Virus record (IMG/VR): IMGVR_UViG_3300029787_000004
Origin: an uncultured virus (IMG/VR IMGVR_UViG_3300029787_000004)
Taxonomy: Duplodnaviria > Heunggongvirae > Uroviricota > Caudoviricetes
Length of the DNA stretch: 64,000 bases
Direction: 5' to 3' (one strand)
Made by a program: the position numbers and the translations under genes. Shown here piece after piece: positions 38,401 through 48,498 of this stretch. The notes beneath the pieces are model-generated. The model was given only the letters and a program-made list of their open reading frames with translations. It had not been told where the DNA came from and did not search any database. How positions within the stretch are numbered: position 1 is the first letter of the stretch; each line of letters begins with the position of its first letter.

Positions 38401-38405
38401 GGATT

Positions 38406-38636
38406 ATGTCTTATTTAAAAGTAAATAAAATTACCAATCTTGCCGACAATGGTGCGGTCAATTTTTCTGCTGGACTAAATCTTGCCGCAGGTGCTGAAAT
38501 TGATGGTGCAGTTGTTGCAAATGTTGGATTTTGTACTGCAACAACGTTATCCGGTAGTGGTGCTGGACTTACTGGTATTGCTGGTATTGGTGCAGGAGTT
38601 GCCGTAGCCATTCCATTCATTGCAGGAGGTATTTAA
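38406..38636 (+). CDS. Mini-fibre paralog 1
   Basis: LKVNKI...TATTLSGSGAGLT. Confidence 0.7.
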   Translation: MSYLKVNKITNLADNGAVNFSAGLNLAAGAEIDGAVVANVGFCTATTLSGSGAGLTGIAGIGAGVAVAIPFIAGGI

Positions 38637-38638
38637 TC

Positions 38639-38869
38639 ATGTCAGTATCAAAAGTTCAAGTTGATAATATTCAATCACTAAGTGGTGGTAAGGTAGAGAT
38701 TCCATTTGGTGCTACTGTTCCTGCTGGAAAAACTCTATCAGCTAGTGGTAACCTGAATGTTTCTGGAATCGTTACAGCAACTTCATTTTCGGGATCAGCA
38801 GCAGGTCTTTCAAATCTACCTACTGTGTTAAGTGCTGCTTCTTTCGGTCGTATGTGGACGAGGATTTAA
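38639..38869 (+). CDS. Mini-fibre paralog 2
   Basis: VQVDNI...TATSFSGSAAGLS. Confidence 0.7.
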   Translation: MSVSKVQVDNIQSLSGGKVEIPFGATVPAGKTLSASGNLNVSGIVTATSFSGSAAGLSNLPTVLSAASFGRMWTRI

Positions 38870-39118
38870 ATGTCATTAATTAAAGTAGATACTATTGTCA
38901 ACTCCACTAACACTGGTTCAGTTTCACTTGAAAAAGGTGGGACTATTCCTGCTGGAAAGGAACTTTCCGTTACTGGTAATATTAATGTTACAGGTATTCT
39001 TACCGCAACATCTTTTACGGGTGATGGTTCTCAACTAACTGGACTTGGTGGATCCCCTACTACCAAAGCTGTTTCTTTTGCATGGGGTATGCTCTTTGGA
39101 AACTACCACCGAGCATAA
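38870..39118 (+). CDS. Mini-fibre paralog 3
   Basis: IKVDTI...TATSFTGDGSQLT. Confidence 0.7.
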   Translation: MSLIKVDTIVNSTNTGSVSLEKGGTIPAGKELSVTGNINVTGILTATSFTGDGSQLTGLGGSPTTKAVSFAWGMLFGNYHRA

Positions 39119-39120
39119 TT

Positions 39121-39128
39121 TATAAATA
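39121..39128 (+). promoter_or_regulatory. T4 late promoter (exact consensus)
   Basis: TATAAATA. Confidence 0.8.
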
Positions 39129-39168
39129 AACTAAGACTAACCCAGACTCTACATTCAATTAAAAAATC

Positions 39169-39549
39169 ATGGCCGCACCAAATATTGTTTCCATTGCTAC
39201 TCTTGTAGGTGTTACCACCTTCACGACACTCGCAAATACTAACGCAACATCAGTTGTGTCTAACGCATCCGCATCAGGAGCTTCGTATAAGATTACTAGT
39301 CTAATCGTATCAAATACATCTAATACAGATGTCAACTACTGTCATGTCTCCTTGAATGATATGGCTGCTGGTGCTGGTAGTAATCGCTATATCCAAAAGA
39401 ACGTTGGTATCGATACCGGAACTTCTTTGGTTGTTCTTGATAGAGCATCTGCTGTATATGTTACCGAAAATCAATCTTTGGTTGTTCAGGCACCTGGAAG
39501 AGCAAGCGTACTTGATGTCACAGCTTCTTACGAATCTATTGAAGACTGA
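39169..39549 (+). CDS. Virion structural protein
   Basis: MAAPNIV...SYE; follows the late promoter. Confidence 0.7.
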   Translation: MAAPNIVSIATLVGVTTFTTLANTNATSVVSNASASGASYKITSLIVSNTSNTDVNYCHVSLNDMAAGAGSNRYIQKNVGIDTGTSLVVLDRASAVYVTENQSLVVQAPGRASVLDVTASYESIED

Positions 39550-39576
39550 TTGATTCCTTAACTCAGCAAAACCATC

Positions 39577-40632
39577 ATGGCAAATAAAAAGTATAAACGC
39601 TTAAAATCACAAACCAGACTAAGTGGTAGGTTTGAAACCGGTGGTATTAGTAAGGTAGCTGTTGCATCACCAGCATCTTCTTTGGGTGTTAGTGGATCTG
39701 ATACTTATTTCAAAGCACCTGCTACCACTACTGTAAGTTGGGAAGTGCAAAATGGAGTTGGATATATTCCATCTCATAGTAGTGGAGTAATTGGAAACAG
39801 CACTAGACTTGCGCGATCAACCGATGGATTTGAATTCGCCCTTCTTTCTGGTGGTGGAGGAGGTCGTCATGGTGGTGGCGGTGGTGGTGGATTTCTAGGA
39901 AATGGTCCAACCACACCGTCACCTTTGAGAAATTCTACGGTTTTAACTGGACCACAATTTGCTGCTAGTTTTCCTGGTGCTAATATTATTAAGAGAATTT
40001 CAGAGAATGCGACTGGCGTAATAGGAGTCTCAACTTCATATGCGGAAACATTAACAGTTGGATCTGGTGGTGCTAGTGGTGCTCAGGGTGCTGACACTTC
40101 GTTCTTTGGTCAGACTGCTGCCGGTGGTGGACGTGGTGGTCCACCCAGTTCTCCTGGACCTGGATCTCCTGGCGGATCCGGTGGCGGTGGTGGTAGAGGT
40201 CCATCGTCCGGTGGTACTGGGTCACAAGGTGGCAATGGATATCAGGGGCATGACCCTAGACCAGGTGGTTGGACCGGTGGTGCAGGTGGTGGAACTGGCG
40301 GAAATGGTTCCGATCCTATCGGTGGTGCTGGTCTTACGTTATCTCTTCCAACCCCTGAATCGGTTGGCGGTGGCGGCGGTGGTGGCGGCGGAGCACCTGG
40401 ATCGCCGTATTGCCAAGGAAACCAGAGACCTGATGGATATTGCTATGGGTCATATGTACCTGGATCGGCCGCGCCAACTTGTGATGGTAACCAACCCTTT
40501 GGTGGTGGTGCCGCTAATAGCAACGCAACGCTTTTAGGTGGTGGCGGCGGCGGTCATCCGCTTTCAGCGCCAAATACATCTAATGGCTCCGATGGTGCTG
40601 CTTGGTTTAAAATCGCTACTAAACTCTTATAA
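39577..40632 (+). CDS. Gly/Pro-rich adhesin-like protein
   Basis: Multiple GGGGG runs; GPPSSPGPGSPG. Confidence 0.72.
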   Translation: MANKKYKRLKSQTRLSGRFETGGISKVAVASPASSLGVSGSDTYFKAPATTTVSWEVQNGVGYIPSHSSGVIGNSTRLARSTDGFEFALLSGGGGGRHGGGGGGGFLGNGPTTPSPLRNSTVLTGPQFAASFPGANIIKRISENATGVIGVSTSYAETLTVGSGGASGAQGADTSFFGQTAAGGGRGGPPSSPGPGSPGGSGGGGGRGPSSGGTGSQGGNGYQGHDPRPGGWTGGAGGGTGGNGSDPIGGAGLTLSLPTPESVGGGGGGGGGAPGSPYCQGNQRPDGYCYGSYVPGSAAPTCDGNQPFGGGAANSNATLLGGGGGGHPLSAPNTSNGSDGAAWFKIATKLL

Positions 40633-40646
40633 ACTCTTAGGGTAAA

Positions 40647-41120
40647 ATGAAAACACAAAGTCCTTCTCATTGGGCCAAAATTGATGCAAGTAATGTTGTT
40701 GTCAGCACTATTGTTGCTGACTTAGATTGGATCAATTCGGGTAAATCTGGAAATCCAGATGACTGGATTGAATATACAAATGGGAAAGGTGATGGAATGC
40801 CTGGTCCATGTGGTATTGGAATGACTTACTCATCTGATTTGGGTCAATTTATTCCAGAAACTCCTTTTGCAAGTTGGGTGCTAAATACCACTACCATGGA
40901 ATGGGAAGCACCTGTTGCTTTACCACAAGAACTTTTTGTTGTGCTTGGAGGACCAATCGGCATTCAAACAACACGTAAACATTATGTGTGGAATGAAAGT
41001 AGCACTTCATGGGACGTAGCAGACACATTTATGATCCCAACAGGTGACAGCGACAATACTTCCGACAATTATATTGCACCAACTAGAACACAATCCGAGG
41101 CAGAAGCAGACGGCGGTTAA
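40647..41120 (+). CDS. Fibre-associated protein
   Basis: WAKID..NVV, GIGMTY, PFASWVL...WEAP. Confidence 0.7.
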   Translation: MKTQSPSHWAKIDASNVVVSTIVADLDWINSGKSGNPDDWIEYTNGKGDGMPGPCGIGMTYSSDLGQFIPETPFASWVLNTTTMEWEAPVALPQELFVVLGGPIGIQTTRKHYVWNESSTSWDVADTFMIPTGDSDNTSDNYIAPTRTQSEAEADGG

Positions 41121-41136
41121 TTAATTATTTCTTGTT

Positions 41137-42105
41137 ATGACTCAACAATCTTTTATTACATCTCATCCTGCTTATGGTCAGAAGCTCTACTTAGATGCTT
41201 GGACTGGAATAAGTGGGATTTTAGATTATGAAGTATCACCAGGACTTGCAAAAGAAAATTTCTTTCAAGACTGGGATTACGATTACATATTAAATAACCC
41301 ACCCAAATATTTTTGGCAAAATCAGGTAATTAAGAAAATTCCTGATGATGCTGTGTTTGGTTGTGCTCCATTTGTTTATGGAGATGCACTGAGCAACACA
41401 ACATATAATGAGAGTGAAAAGGTTGATATGGTGTTCCTTCCAAGAACTGATTGGAGCACACTTCTTGATGAAACTAAGAAGCATAAAATTATAGATGTTT
41501 TGAAGGAATATGAATTTGATGAAGATACTTATTACATATCCTTTCCACCCGATTTAAAAATTTGGCAGGATATAATCCCTAAAAATTTATATACAGTTGC
41601 CACAACACAACATGATGATCGATGGGGAGATCAAATGATTAGATTGATGCGAAAGGCAAAAACTGTATATTGTCCATTATTTTGTAGCACTGTGCTATAT
41701 GCTACTTGGTGTGGTACAAAGACCAAGTTTTATGATGAAAGTAAAATTCACACAAAGTGTCCTGGGTTAATTGAACAAGATGTTCATAAACATTATTCTC
41801 CTCAGGATAAAAGTGACGAGTGGAATCGTGGTATGAAATACCTTGAAGAGGTTTACTCTGATAACGTGTTAAGTGATGAGAAAAAATATTTGACATATCA
41901 ATTTTTGTCGCTAGACTTGGTAGAGAAACCTTGGGACTTATATCAAAAATTGAGATCTCTAAATGAAAGAATTGAGGAAATTGATTATAAGATCCCAGAG
42001 TATAATATTAGATCAGATGATTGTTTTTATTCATTGAAAGAGAAAATTGAACAATTTGAATGTACCCCATCGAGAGAGATAGTTGATTTTTTCTCGAAAT
42101 TGTGA
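41137..42105 (+). CDS. Putative glycosyltransferase-like protein, paralog A
   Basis: Homologous by eye to 52259-53254; function inferred. Confidence 0.45.
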   Translation: MTQQSFITSHPAYGQKLYLDAWTGISGILDYEVSPGLAKENFFQDWDYDYILNNPPKYFWQNQVIKKIPDDAVFGCAPFVYGDALSNTTYNESEKVDMVFLPRTDWSTLLDETKKHKIIDVLKEYEFDEDTYYISFPPDLKIWQDIIPKNLYTVATTQHDDRWGDQMIRLMRKAKTVYCPLFCSTVLYATWCGTKTKFYDESKIHTKCPGLIEQDVHKHYSPQDKSDEWNRGMKYLEEVYSDNVLSDEKKYLTYQFLSLDLVEKPWDLYQKLRSLNERIEEIDYKIPEYNIRSDDCFYSLKEKIEQFECTPSREIVDFFSKL

Positions 42106-42132
42106 TAGTCTACTGTAACGCTTAAATAAAAA

Positions 42133-42753
42133 ATGGCATATCAAGCTCTTTGGCATTATACTAATGTTCCAACAGACGTGGTTGAAATTATTGAGAGAGA
42201 TCTCAAAGAAAATTTTGATCCTCAGATGGCAGATTCCAAACTTCATGGAGATGCATTGAATAAAGATAAAAGAAATTCTAAGAATGCATGGGTTCCCACT
42301 AATCATTGGGTTGCTGGTTTCTTGTGGCATTATATTCAACGCGCCAATCGTGAAAATTTTTTGTATGATTTGAGGTGTATTGATGGCGAATCAATGCAAT
42401 ATACTCGTTATGATGAAGGTCAATTTTATGGATGGCACAATGATGCAGGATTATCAACACAATATAAACCTGTAAGCAATGGTAACCGTGATGATGGTTT
42501 GCACCAAGATTTTGTGAATGAGAATATTGAACTTGTTCGTAAACTATCTTTTGTTCTACAACTTTCTGACCCTGATGACTATGAAGGTGGTAATCTTCAA
42601 TTGCTGAGTGAAGAAGGTTTACCATATTTTGCACCACGTCAACGTGGTACGATTGTATTGTTTGACTCTCGCACACAACATCGAGTTCTTAAAGTAACAA
42701 AAGGAACTCGTAAATCTATTGTTGGATGGGTCGTAGGACCTCGTTGGAGATAA
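42133..42753 (+). CDS. 2OG-Fe(II) oxygenase
   Basis: WHND...RKLS...YEGG...HRV..VTKGTRKS. Confidence 0.92.
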   Translation: MAYQALWHYTNVPTDVVEIIERDLKENFDPQMADSKLHGDALNKDKRNSKNAWVPTNHWVAGFLWHYIQRANRENFLYDLRCIDGESMQYTRYDEGQFYGWHNDAGLSTQYKPVSNGNRDDGLHQDFVNENIELVRKLSFVLQLSDPDDYEGGNLQLLSEEGLPYFAPRQRGTIVLFDSRTQHRVLKVTKGTRKSIVGWVVGPRWR

Positions 42754-42756
42754 ATT

Positions 42757-43380
42757 ATGACAGAATCATGGACTCGCAACGAAGCTTTTGATAAGCATGG
42801 ATTCTTAGTCGTAAGAGATTTATGGAATCCAGAAGAATTGTATAATGAAGTTCCTGCTATCAGAGGGCAACTAAATTATTTTGGTGATCTCTCTCAGTTT
42901 GTACATATAGAAGAAGAGGGACAAGTTTCTGGATCTCTTGCACGTTACTGGTATCCAAAATATCGTGATGCACATACTGGCATTCGTCTTAAATTAGAAA
43001 AAATTATTGGTAGAAAGTTATACAATACATATTACTATGATAGATTTTATTTTACAGGACAAGAATTAGAAAGGCATAGAGACCGTCCTGCATGTGAAAT
43101 TTCTGTTAGTGTGCATGTTAGTAGTAATCTTGATTACTATTGGCCATTCAAAATTGAATCTGTTGATGGGGTAGAAAATGAAGCAGAATTAGATCCTGGT
43201 GATGGTTTAATATATAAAGGGTGTGAGCATACACATTGGAGAGAGCCTCTACAATCTAGACATAATAAAATTTTTAGAAGACTAAAAAGAAATGATGATA
43301 CTTATTATCATCAAATATTTTTTCATTACGTTCTTGCTGATGGAATGTACGCTCACTGTGCATGGGACCGCGCAAGATGA
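42757..43380 (+). CDS. 2OG-Fe(II) oxygenase-like protein
   Basis: HRDRPACEISV...GD.LIYKG...HWR. Confidence 0.8.
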   Translation: MTESWTRNEAFDKHGFLVVRDLWNPEELYNEVPAIRGQLNYFGDLSQFVHIEEEGQVSGSLARYWYPKYRDAHTGIRLKLEKIIGRKLYNTYYYDRFYFTGQELERHRDRPACEISVSVHVSSNLDYYWPFKIESVDGVENEAELDPGDGLIYKGCEHTHWREPLQSRHNKIFRRLKRNDDTYYHQIFFHYVLADGMYAHCAWDRAR

Positions 43381-43406
43381 TAAATAACTAAAAAGTTATC
43401 ATAGAA

Positions 43407-44708
43407 ATGGGATACCTAGGACAAGAAGCTAGTTTTACTGGAACCCAGAATAACCAAAGACTATCAACAACAGCTGCTGGCGGGCAGATTAATTTTAGTG
43501 TTGGTGGAGGGTACTCAATCAATGCTCTTGATGTATATCGAAATGGTATTAAATTATCAGGTGGACGAGATTTTAGAGCATTAGATGGTGTTACTGTAAC
43601 TCTTCTTTCTCCTGCTAATGATGGTGATATTATTGAATTTGTTACCTTTGAGAATTTTAAAAGGGAAGATGTCATCACTGGTGACGGAGATGCTACAATT
43701 AGAGGTAACGTTACTATCTCTGGTGATCTTGGTATCACAGGTAGTCTCAATGCAACGGTAAGTAATACTGCCACCGCAGGATTTGCTACTGTCTCTGGTA
43801 TTTCATCTGCCTTAGGTATTGGTGCAACTGCTGTTGGACTTAATGCATCTGGTATTATCACTGCTATCAGTTTCAGTGGTTCTGGTGCAAACCTCACTGG
43901 TATTGCTGCAACTGATGATGTTAGCACCAATAGTTTAGTTGTTGCTGGTATCTCCACTCTTGCTGCTGCAACATTCTCTGGTGTTTCTACATTCAATGGT
44001 AATGTATTTCTACCTAATAACCAAGATCTCACACTAGGAGATGGGTTAGACGACTCAGGAAAATTTAAGTTATATAATGGAGCTAATGAAGCATTTGAGA
44101 TATTTGGATCTTCAAAAGAAACTTATATTCGTAATACTGGAAGTAATGCAAACGGAATTAACATAAGTGCGAATGCTTCTGTTACATTAGGTGGTGGAGG
44201 AACTGGTAGTTTCTCAGTTCATGCAAATAGTGATGGCACTGCAAGACTTTATGTAAGTTCACTTGAAAAACTAAGAACTGATCCAGGTGGTGTAATCATC
44301 ACTGGTATTGCAACTGCTGATGGTTTCAGTGTAGGTGATAATGAAAAGGCATTGTTTGGTACTGGTGATGACTTACAGATTTATCACGATGGCACCACCA
44401 GCATCATCACCGGAGATAGCTCAGGTGACAATATCTCCATTAGACCTAAAACAGGAGAAAATGGCATATTATTGGTGCCAGATGGAGCAGTAACTCTTTA
44501 TCATGACGACTCAGCTAAACTTGCAACCGCCTCTGGTGGTATTAATGTTGGTGTTGGCATCACCATGGATGGCAACGGAATTGCTGTTTCTGGTATTCTT
44601 ACCTGTAACGGTGTTGCTGTTGGTCAAAATGCCATCGGTGCAAGAACTGTTCAATCTGGTGGATCACCTTCTGGTGGATCCAACGGAGATATATACTACA
44701 TCTACTAA
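43407..44708 (+). CDS. Tail fibre protein
   Basis: DVYRNGIKL, GIITA repeats, FGTGDDLQIYHDG. Confidence 0.8.
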   Translation: MGYLGQEASFTGTQNNQRLSTTAAGGQINFSVGGGYSINALDVYRNGIKLSGGRDFRALDGVTVTLLSPANDGDIIEFVTFENFKREDVITGDGDATIRGNVTISGDLGITGSLNATVSNTATAGFATVSGISSALGIGATAVGLNASGIITAISFSGSGANLTGIAATDDVSTNSLVVAGISTLAAATFSGVSTFNGNVFLPNNQDLTLGDGLDDSGKFKLYNGANEAFEIFGSSKETYIRNTGSNANGINISANASVTLGGGGTGSFSVHANSDGTARLYVSSLEKLRTDPGGVIITGIATADGFSVGDNEKALFGTGDDLQIYHDGTTSIITGDSSGDNISIRPKTGENGILLVPDGAVTLYHDDSAKLATASGGINVGVGITMDGNGIAVSGILTCNGVAVGQNAIGARTVQSGGSPSGGSNGDIYYIY

Positions 44709-44720
44709 GGAAATTAACGC

Positions 44721-45428
44721 ATGACTGCTGGAAGTTGGGTAGAAAATACCGATAAGAGATATTGGTTCCCTGATACTGTTCCCACTAAAACGGATGAGTG
44801 GAATATTGCTCAGGAGAGAAAAAGATATGTAACCAATTACGGCACAACCAGAACACATCCACGTTGGTTGTATGATAACGGTGCTTTTGTTGATGATGAC
44901 TATCTTTATCACAATGAAGAGTGGCGATATGTCACTAATTGGAGTGATGTTCCAACATCTAGCGATATTGAGTTTTATATTAAAGATCCTATTGCAGAGT
45001 GGACAAAGAGTGAGGATGATAAGACATATACTATTACTTGGAAAACATATGCTGTTAAAGAACCAACCATCTCTGACGAAGATACAGTACAATTAAAGGT
45101 TCAGAAAGAAGATACTGACTGGGTATATGATCATTCTGCTTTGACTGTGACCAAAGCATATGATATTACTCGTTATAATACTGATGATCTTAATACTGAG
45201 AAATGGAACGTTCTGAGAGGAACACGTGATTTGTTGATGAAGAATACTGATTGGATTATTACACAGGGCACAGAACGTGGAGTTGGTATTTCCACAGCAA
45301 TGAAGACATATCGTCAAACATTAAGAGATCTTCCAAGCACGATTTCTGATATTTCTGCACATACTCGTTCAGAAATTGCATCAAGAGATTTCTACCCTGC
45401 TGAACCTTCCGCACCTTATTTCTATTAA
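44721..45428 (+). CDS. Tail fibre assembly chaperone-like protein
   Basis: W..LR..RD.L...TDW...YRQ.LRDLP. Confidence 0.78.
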   Translation: MTAGSWVENTDKRYWFPDTVPTKTDEWNIAQERKRYVTNYGTTRTHPRWLYDNGAFVDDDYLYHNEEWRYVTNWSDVPTSSDIEFYIKDPIAEWTKSEDDKTYTITWKTYAVKEPTISDEDTVQLKVQKEDTDWVYDHSALTVTKAYDITRYNTDDLNTEKWNVLRGTRDLLMKNTDWIITQGTERGVGISTAMKTYRQTLRDLPSTISDISAHTRSEIASRDFYPAEPSAPYFY

Positions 45429-45430
45429 TT

Positions 45431-46309
45431 ATGGCAGATACCGCAGTTAAAGATGGTGGAAGTTGGAGAACATCTTCCGAAGTCCACGTTAAAGATGGTG
45501 GAACATGGAGAAGTTCTTCAACTATTCACATTAAAGATGGTGGAACGTGGAGAGAAGTATTTTCATCAGGATCTCCTGGCGTGTTTACTGTTCCATCTGG
45601 TGTTTCTGGACCTGGTGAGATTGATTTCAACTCATCCGTTTTAAATCTGACTACTCCTGCAACTCAGTTCAATATGACTGCTCTGGGTGATTTTACTAAC
45701 CTCAGAATTAGGGCATGGGGTGGTGGTGGACAACAGGCTCCCCAGTATCCGTCAGCTGCGGCAGGTGGTTTTGGTGGTGGATATCTTTCTGGTTCCGCAG
45801 GTGATGTTCTCACAGTGGCAACAAACTTCGGTGTTGTTGGTCCAGCACCTGGTGGTGGTGCGTATGGCATTTTTGTAAACTCTAAGTCACAAGCAAATGC
45901 TAGAATCGTTGCTGGTGGTGGTGGTGCGACAGAAAATGATGATGGTGGTAGAGGTCAGGTAGCAGGTGCTGGTGGTGGTACATCAGGACAACCTGGTACT
46001 GGTTATCAGAGCACTAGCGGTGGTGGTCCTGGATATACATCTTGGCCCCTACAAGGTGGTCCTGGTGCCGGTCATGGTGGCGGATCTGGCGGTGGTTCTG
46101 GTTATTGGGGTGGTCAAGGTGGTCCTGATATTTGTTGTCTTGCTGCTACTGGTGGCGGTGGAGGAAACACATATATTCACCCATCAGTAGGAACACCTCA
46201 AAATCAAGGTGGGAATAGAGGAACTGTTGGCAATCCTAGTGACCCAGTAAGAGGCCCTGCTGGTAATATTCAAGTGCCAGGTAGAATTTATATTAACGGA
46301 CCTGCATGA
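45431..46309 (+). CDS. Gly/Pro-rich adhesin-like protein
   Basis: 3x KDGG(S/T)WR N-terminus; AWGGGG; GGGSGYWGG. Confidence 0.75.
   Translation: MADTAVKDGGSWRTSSEVHVKDGGTWRSSSTIHIKDGGTWREVFSSGSPGVFTVPSGVSGPGEIDFNSSVLNLTTPATQFNMTALGDFTNLRIRAWGGGGQQAPQYPSAAAGGFGGGYLSGSAGDVLTVATNFGVVGPAPGGGAYGIFVNSKSQANARIVAGGGGATENDDGGRGQVAGAGGGTSGQPGTGYQSTSGGGPGYTSWPLQGGPGAGHGGGSGGGSGYWGGQGGPDICCLAATGGGGGNTYIHPSVGTPQNQGGNRGTVGNPSDPVRGPAGNIQVPGRIYINGPA
45446..45560 (+). repeat. Three 42-bp-period repeats
   Basis: TTAAAGATGGTGGAA at ~45447, ~45489 and ~45531. Confidence 0.85.
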
Positions 46310-46845
46310 TTTTTGAAAAATACAATGCACTTTCACAAGCAGATTGTGAAAATTTGATTAGATTATTTGAAAGACATAAAGCATATCACCATCAGGGTCG
46401 GACAATCGGGGGAGTAAATCCATCTGTAAAAGATTGTACAGAGGTTTTATTTACCCCAGAATACTATCAAATGACTCCTCTACTTGAAGCAGTACAGGAA
46501 GGTTTAGTTGAGTATGAAAAGAGATATCCCTTTTTAAAGACTATGAATAGATATGGACAGGTTGAAAATATTTCATTTAAACGCTATAATCCCAATCAGG
46601 CATATCATGGATTGCATTGTGAGAGGTCATCTCTCAAAACATGTGCTAGAATGTTGGTGTGGATGTTCTACTTGAACACAGTTCATGATGGTGGAGAAAC
46701 TTTCTTTGCTCATCAAGATCAAAAGATAACAGCAACACAGGGAAAACTTGTTATCTGGCCCTCAGACTGGACACATGCACACAAAGGACTAGTCTCACCT
46801 ACTGAGACCAAATATATTACTTCTAGTTGGTTAAGTTTCTTATGA
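46306..46845 (+). CDS. 2OG-Fe(II) oxygenase
   Basis: HCE...WMFYLN...GGET...WTHAHKG...KY. Confidence 0.9.
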   Translation: MIFEKYNALSQADCENLIRLFERHKAYHHQGRTIGGVNPSVKDCTEVLFTPEYYQMTPLLEAVQEGLVEYEKRYPFLKTMNRYGQVENISFKRYNPNQAYHGLHCERSSLKTCARMLVWMFYLNTVHDGGETFFAHQDQKITATQGKLVIWPSDWTHAHKGLVSPTETKYITSSWLSFL

Positions 46846-47357
46846 TTACTGTTATTGATAATATATTAAGTAATAAAGAGAATCAAAATCTTTATGACTT
46901 TGTGAGTAGTGATGATTTTGTTTGGCATAAGATTGATGACTATAAAAAACAAAAACAAAAAGTTAAGAGGATGTCTTTTGGCAATTTAATTAGACAACCT
47001 AAACTTAAAGACATCATGAATGAAGATCCCATGATCAGTTTTTTGACTCAAAGAGTGAAGGAAAGAAGAATTCCAGATACAGTAAATTTGTACAAGGTTA
47101 CTGTCAACTGTATCAAACCACATGAACACTTTGAATATCATACCGATGAATGGGGTAGTACAGTGATATTTTATATCAATCCAACATGGAAATGGCATTG
47201 GGGTTCTGGAACTACGTTTAAGGGTGGTAGAACTGTGAGACCAAAACCTGGTAGAGCTGTTATTTTTAATGGAAAATTGCCACATAAAATTTTACCACCA
47301 ACACCATTCATGAATGATTTTGGTAGATTGTCAATTGCATTACAATATAATCCATGA
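46842..47357 (+). CDS. 2OG-Fe(II) oxygenase
   Basis: HTD...PKPGRAVIF...PH...R; ATGA overlap. Confidence 0.85.
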   Translation: MITVIDNILSNKENQNLYDFVSSDDFVWHKIDDYKKQKQKVKRMSFGNLIRQPKLKDIMNEDPMISFLTQRVKERRIPDTVNLYKVTVNCIKPHEHFEYHTDEWGSTVIFYINPTWKWHWGSGTTFKGGRTVRPKPGRAVIFNGKLPHKILPPTPFMNDFGRLSIALQYNP

Positions 47358-47923
47358 TATTTTTTGAAAAAGAAAATGCTGTACCTGATGATGTCATGAG
47401 ACAAATTAATCATCATGTGCTTACAAATGCAAACTTTCCTTTTTATTTTCGTCCGACATATACTACCAAGAACTTTCCATTTTTTAGTCATTCATTAATG
47501 CCGAGAATTGAATTAGAAGATGAAACCCCAAGGACATCAGAATATTTTCCTTTCTGGAATGATATTGCAGTGAGATTTGCATATGAGAATGGTATCAACA
47601 TCACCAAGATGATGCGAGCAAATGTAAATGCAACCATTCATCATCCAGTTCCATTTTCTGAACCACATGTAGATTACACTGAGAATCATTATGTGGTTAT
47701 AATATATCTCAATGATTGTGATGGTGATACGATCATATTTGATAAAACATATGATACTGGACCCACATATTTGTCCGTTGAAGATGGACTAGAATTAGGT
47801 ATCGTAAAAAAGGTAACACCAAAGGCAGGAAAGATATTACTATTTGATGGTAAGTATTTTCATACCAATGAGTTTCCATCTCCTGGTCAGTTTAGATTTA
47901 TCTGTGCTTTCTTATGTTCTTAA
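47354..47923 (+). CDS. 2OG-Fe(II) oxygenase
   Basis: PHVD...YLND.DGDT...FDG..FH...R. Confidence 0.85.
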   Translation: MIFFEKENAVPDDVMRQINHHVLTNANFPFYFRPTYTTKNFPFFSHSLMPRIELEDETPRTSEYFPFWNDIAVRFAYENGINITKMMRANVNATIHHPVPFSEPHVDYTENHYVVIIYLNDCDGDTIIFDKTYDTGPTYLSVEDGLELGIVKKVTPKAGKILLFDGKYFHTNEFPSPGQFRFICAFLCS

Positions 47924-48498
47924 CATTTTCATGTCCAATTCATACCATACATCTCGATATACCTAATATTGATGAGTTGGTTCAATATGCATACCAAGAG
48001 AGTAAAATAAGTGAGGGTGTGAAGAAATCAAATGCCGGTGGTTGGCAATCCTTTGATGATTATCATGGTGTTGATAATCCCATCAGTAAAGTAATACATT
48101 TATATCTACAAGAATTTTTTAATAATAGAGAAATTTTTAGTAAAAATTCGACTATGAAGATGAATAGTATGTGGATTAATATTAATAATCCAGGAAATTA
48201 TAATCACTCCCATAATCATCCTGGATCTGATTTATCTGGTGTCTTATGGTTGAAGGTTCCGAAAGATAGTGGTAATATTGTCTTTGAATCTCCCAATAGT
48301 TTTGCACAAGCTAAATTGATGGAAGCATACTCCCAGAAATTTAAAGACGAACATACATTACATGACTGGTTCTTCATGCAACCACAAGTAGGTCTTTTGA
48401 TATTATTTCCATCGCACTTAAATCACTCTGTAACTAAAAATGATTCCGATAAAGATAGAATTTCAGTTGCTTTTAATGTGAGTGTGCATCATGAGTGA
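47914..48498 (+). CDS. 2OG-Fe(II) oxygenase (TIGR02466-like)
   Basis: WININ...HNHP...LSGV...FPS.L.HSV...RISVAFN. Confidence 0.9.
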   Translation: MFLTFSCPIHTIHLDIPNIDELVQYAYQESKISEGVKKSNAGGWQSFDDYHGVDNPISKVIHLYLQEFFNNREIFSKNSTMKMNSMWININNPGNYNHSHNHPGSDLSGVLWLKVPKDSGNIVFESPNSFAQAKLMEAYSQKFKDEHTLHDWFFMQPQVGLLILFPSHLNHSVTKNDSDKDRISVAFNVSVHHE

